From Aquificota bacterium (GTDB taxonomy: Bacteria > Thermosulfidibacterota > Thermosulfidibacteria > Thermosulfidibacterales > B14-G1), in the NCBI GenBank assembly GCA_015486105.1, contig WFSI01000149.1:1-55432 (forward strand): DNA of 55,432 nucleotides, given 5' to 3'. Positions within the stretch are counted from its first letter, which is position 1; every line of letters begins with the position of its first letter. Below, in pieces: positions 53,813 through 55,432 of this stretch. The notes beneath the pieces were generated by a model, which made no database searches, had not been told where the DNA came from, and saw only the letters and a program-made list of their open reading frames with translations. The position numbers and the translations under genes were made by a program.

Positions 53813-54276
53813 CTTCTTTCCCTCCTTCATCAGGGGCTGCCCCTGAAACCCCAAATTCAAAGATTCAACCAAAAGCCCTATCCCAAGAAAGGGACCCGCC
53901 CTTTTCCCAGAACAAAAGACAGGGAGAAGGTAGCACCCGCCTCAAAAACCTGTCAATAAGAGGCCGTGGAGAAGGAGGCATCTGGACAACTTCCCTAAGG
54001 CCTCTTCCCCCTATCACAGACCAAAGGTCAGCTACAGCATGGGCCCAGATCGCCAAGGGAAAAACCCTTCAGAAACTGCGGAATTGGAAGGGTCAAAAAT
54101 GGGAAAACCAAAGTCTCCCTTTCCTTTGGGATAAAAATAAAACAGCTTTGGGGATTGAAGGAGAAAAATACATGATATAAATTAAGTATACAAAGCCTTT
54201 CATTTTCAACCGGGTTCACAGCTCACCAGAAGGGCAAAGAGAAGTCTAAAACACACCCAATCTCAGGAAGGCTATT

Positions 54277-55347
54277 ATGGATAAGGGAAAAACCTGGACA
54301 AAGGAAATAGAGGAACCTCATTCCCTCTTCAGGGGACTGGTAGAACAGTCTTTGGTGGGGGTTTACCTCTTCTCTGAAGAGAGGTTCCTCTATACCAACG
54401 AGGCCTTAGCAAAGATGACAGAGCATACAGTAGAAGAAATCACCACCCTCAAGCCCCTGGATCTTATTCACCCCCAAGACCATGCCTTGGTGACAGAGAT
54501 GATCCGCAAACGCATGGCTCAAGAGATTGAAGGAGCGAGATGCACCCTCAAGGGCCTCCGCAAAGATGGGGACATGATCCATTGCGAGGTCTTCGGCAAG
54601 AGGATCACCTATAAAGGTCAACCTGCTATCCTGGGAACGGTGATAGAGATAACTGAAAGGGTAACAAGGGAAGAGCAGCTTAAAAAAAGGATAAGAGAAG
54701 TAGAACAATTGAAAAGGGTTACCAAACAACTCATCGGTCTCAGGACCCAAAAGATGTGGATGGACAAGGCCCTTTCCCTCATAAAGGAAGTGGCCAATGC
54801 TCAGGTGGTAGTTCTCTATAAGATGGATAGTGGGAGCCTCTCCCTGGCTGGAGTTTACCCAAAAGGCTCTGTAGGTTGCCTCAAGAACCTCCTGCCTGGA
54901 GAGTGCATATGTGGATACGCAGCCAAAAAGGAGAGACCCCGTTTTTCTCAAAATATTTTCAAAGACCTTCAATGCATCCTGGACCCCTGTAGGAAAGGAG
55001 GCATCATCTCCTTCGCCGCCCTTCCCCTGAAGGCCCACGACAAACCCTTGGGTCTCTTGGGAATAGGATGGAGACAAAAACGCTCCTTTGACAAAGAAGA
55101 CCAAAGGTTCTTTGAAACCCTGGCGGGAGAGGTAGCCCTGGGCTGGGGAAATGCCTTACTCTACCAAGAGATCAACCACTATGCCCAGGAGTTGGAGGAG
55201 AAAGTCTCCCAGCGCACCCGGGATCTTCAAGAAAAGGTGAAAGCAGAAAAACGTCTGAACGCCGCCCTTATCAACCTCTTGATGGGTAGAGGACGAGGGG
55301 TTGGGTATAGCTCCCCAATTCCAGAGCAGGATCTTTGGTCTCTTTGA
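54277..55347 (+). CDS. PAS-GAF sensor protein, apparently the N-terminal part of a disrupted histidine kinase
   Basis: The PAS domain runs from [15 protein letters not shown] to [13 protein letters not shown]. The GAF domain includes GECICGYAA and [10 protein letters not shown] coiled coil follows, and the ORF stops at 55347 without an H-box. Confidence 0.75.
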   Translation: MDKGKTWTKEIEEPHSLFRGLVEQSLVGVYLFSEERFLYTNEALAKMTEHTVEEITTLKPLDLIHPQDHALVTEMIRKRMAQEIEGARCTLKGLRKDGDMIHCEVFGKRITYKGQPAILGTVIEITERVTREEQLKKRIREVEQLKRVTKQLIGLRTQKMWMDKALSLIKEVANAQVVVLYKMDSGSLSLAGVYPKGSVGCLKNLLPGECICGYAAKKERPRFSQNIFKDLQCILDPCRKGGIISFAALPLKAHDKPLGLLGIGWRQKRSFDKEDQRFFETLAGEVALGWGNALLYQEINHYAQELEEKVSQRTRDLQEKVKAEKRLNAALINLLMGRGRGVGYSSPIPEQDLWSL

Positions 55348-55432
55348 GCGCCTCCACGGGGTAGAGTCCTATCCGGGAACAGGTTTGGGGCTGGCTATTG
55401 TTAAAAAAGCCGTGGAACGTATGGGTGGTAAG
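55283..55432 (+). pseudogene. HATPase_c remnant (G1 to G2 boxes) in the +1 frame, runs off the right edge
   Basis: Hand translation is [50 protein letters not shown]. That gives G1-like DEGLGI, F-box IFGLFERLH and G2 [12 protein letters not shown] lies immediately upstream at 55280-55282. Confidence 0.6.

Overview
This is 55.4 kb of bacterial chromosome with about 60 tightly packed protein genes. More than 85% are on the minus strand. There is one tRNA-Ser(UGA), no rRNA and no CRISPR array. Coding strands are strongly purine-loaded and the proteins are rich in Glu/Lys/Arg/Val. Gene content includes LPS-core glycosyltransferases and a kinase, LapB, Lgt/LspA, a FadL-type porin, and a decahaem cytochrome with an MtrB/PioB-like barrel. 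This points to a diderm, probably thermophilic anaerobe, but I cannot assign a species.

Layout, left to right:
(1) 1-2464: a decayed accessory patch next to tRNA-Ser. It holds a nucleotidyltransferase fragment, VapBC bracketed by 9-bp-periodic repeat tracts, a truncated four-helix-bundle gene, a NusG/UpxY paralog, an IS481 transposase remnant and a 34-bp perfect palindrome.
(2) 2599-15726: a long minus-strand metabolic cluster. It contains a TetR regulator, a PaaI thioesterase, two short atypical ALDHs, an MDH/LDH-like dehydrogenase, a DHA2 MFS transporter, four family-III CoA-transferase genes in B-A-B-A order, and an aminotransferase.
(3) 15834-17790: methyltransferases, a tautomerase and a second PaaI.
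(4) 17966-22035: an operon of a LolA-like protein, an acyl-CoA ligase and FadL.
(5) 22811-28481: LPS kinase, two glycosyltransferases and glnE.
(6) 29620-33327: a two-gene porin-cytochrome module.
(7) 33328-53812: housekeeping blocks rodZ...pilC-lapB-rsfS-nadD, proA-proB-obg, rpmA-rplU and plsC-lgt-TPR-lspA-ileS. A plus-strand four-gene insert (flavin reductase, PIN-like, J-like, patatin) interrupts them.
(8) 54277-55432: a PAS-GAF sensor whose kinase part appears deleted and frameshifted.

Best candidate for something new: the MtrB/PioB-like outer-membrane barrel is interrupted by a single in-frame UGA (30154-30156). A SECIS-like hairpin follows immediately. The essential C-terminal barrel signal and the only terminator lie beyond the UGA. 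This suggests a selenocysteine-containing porin partner of a lipoprotein decahaem cytochrome. The 2x2 heteromeric CoA-transferase / atypical ALDH cluster is the second candidate, as an uncharacterised CoA-dependent pathway.
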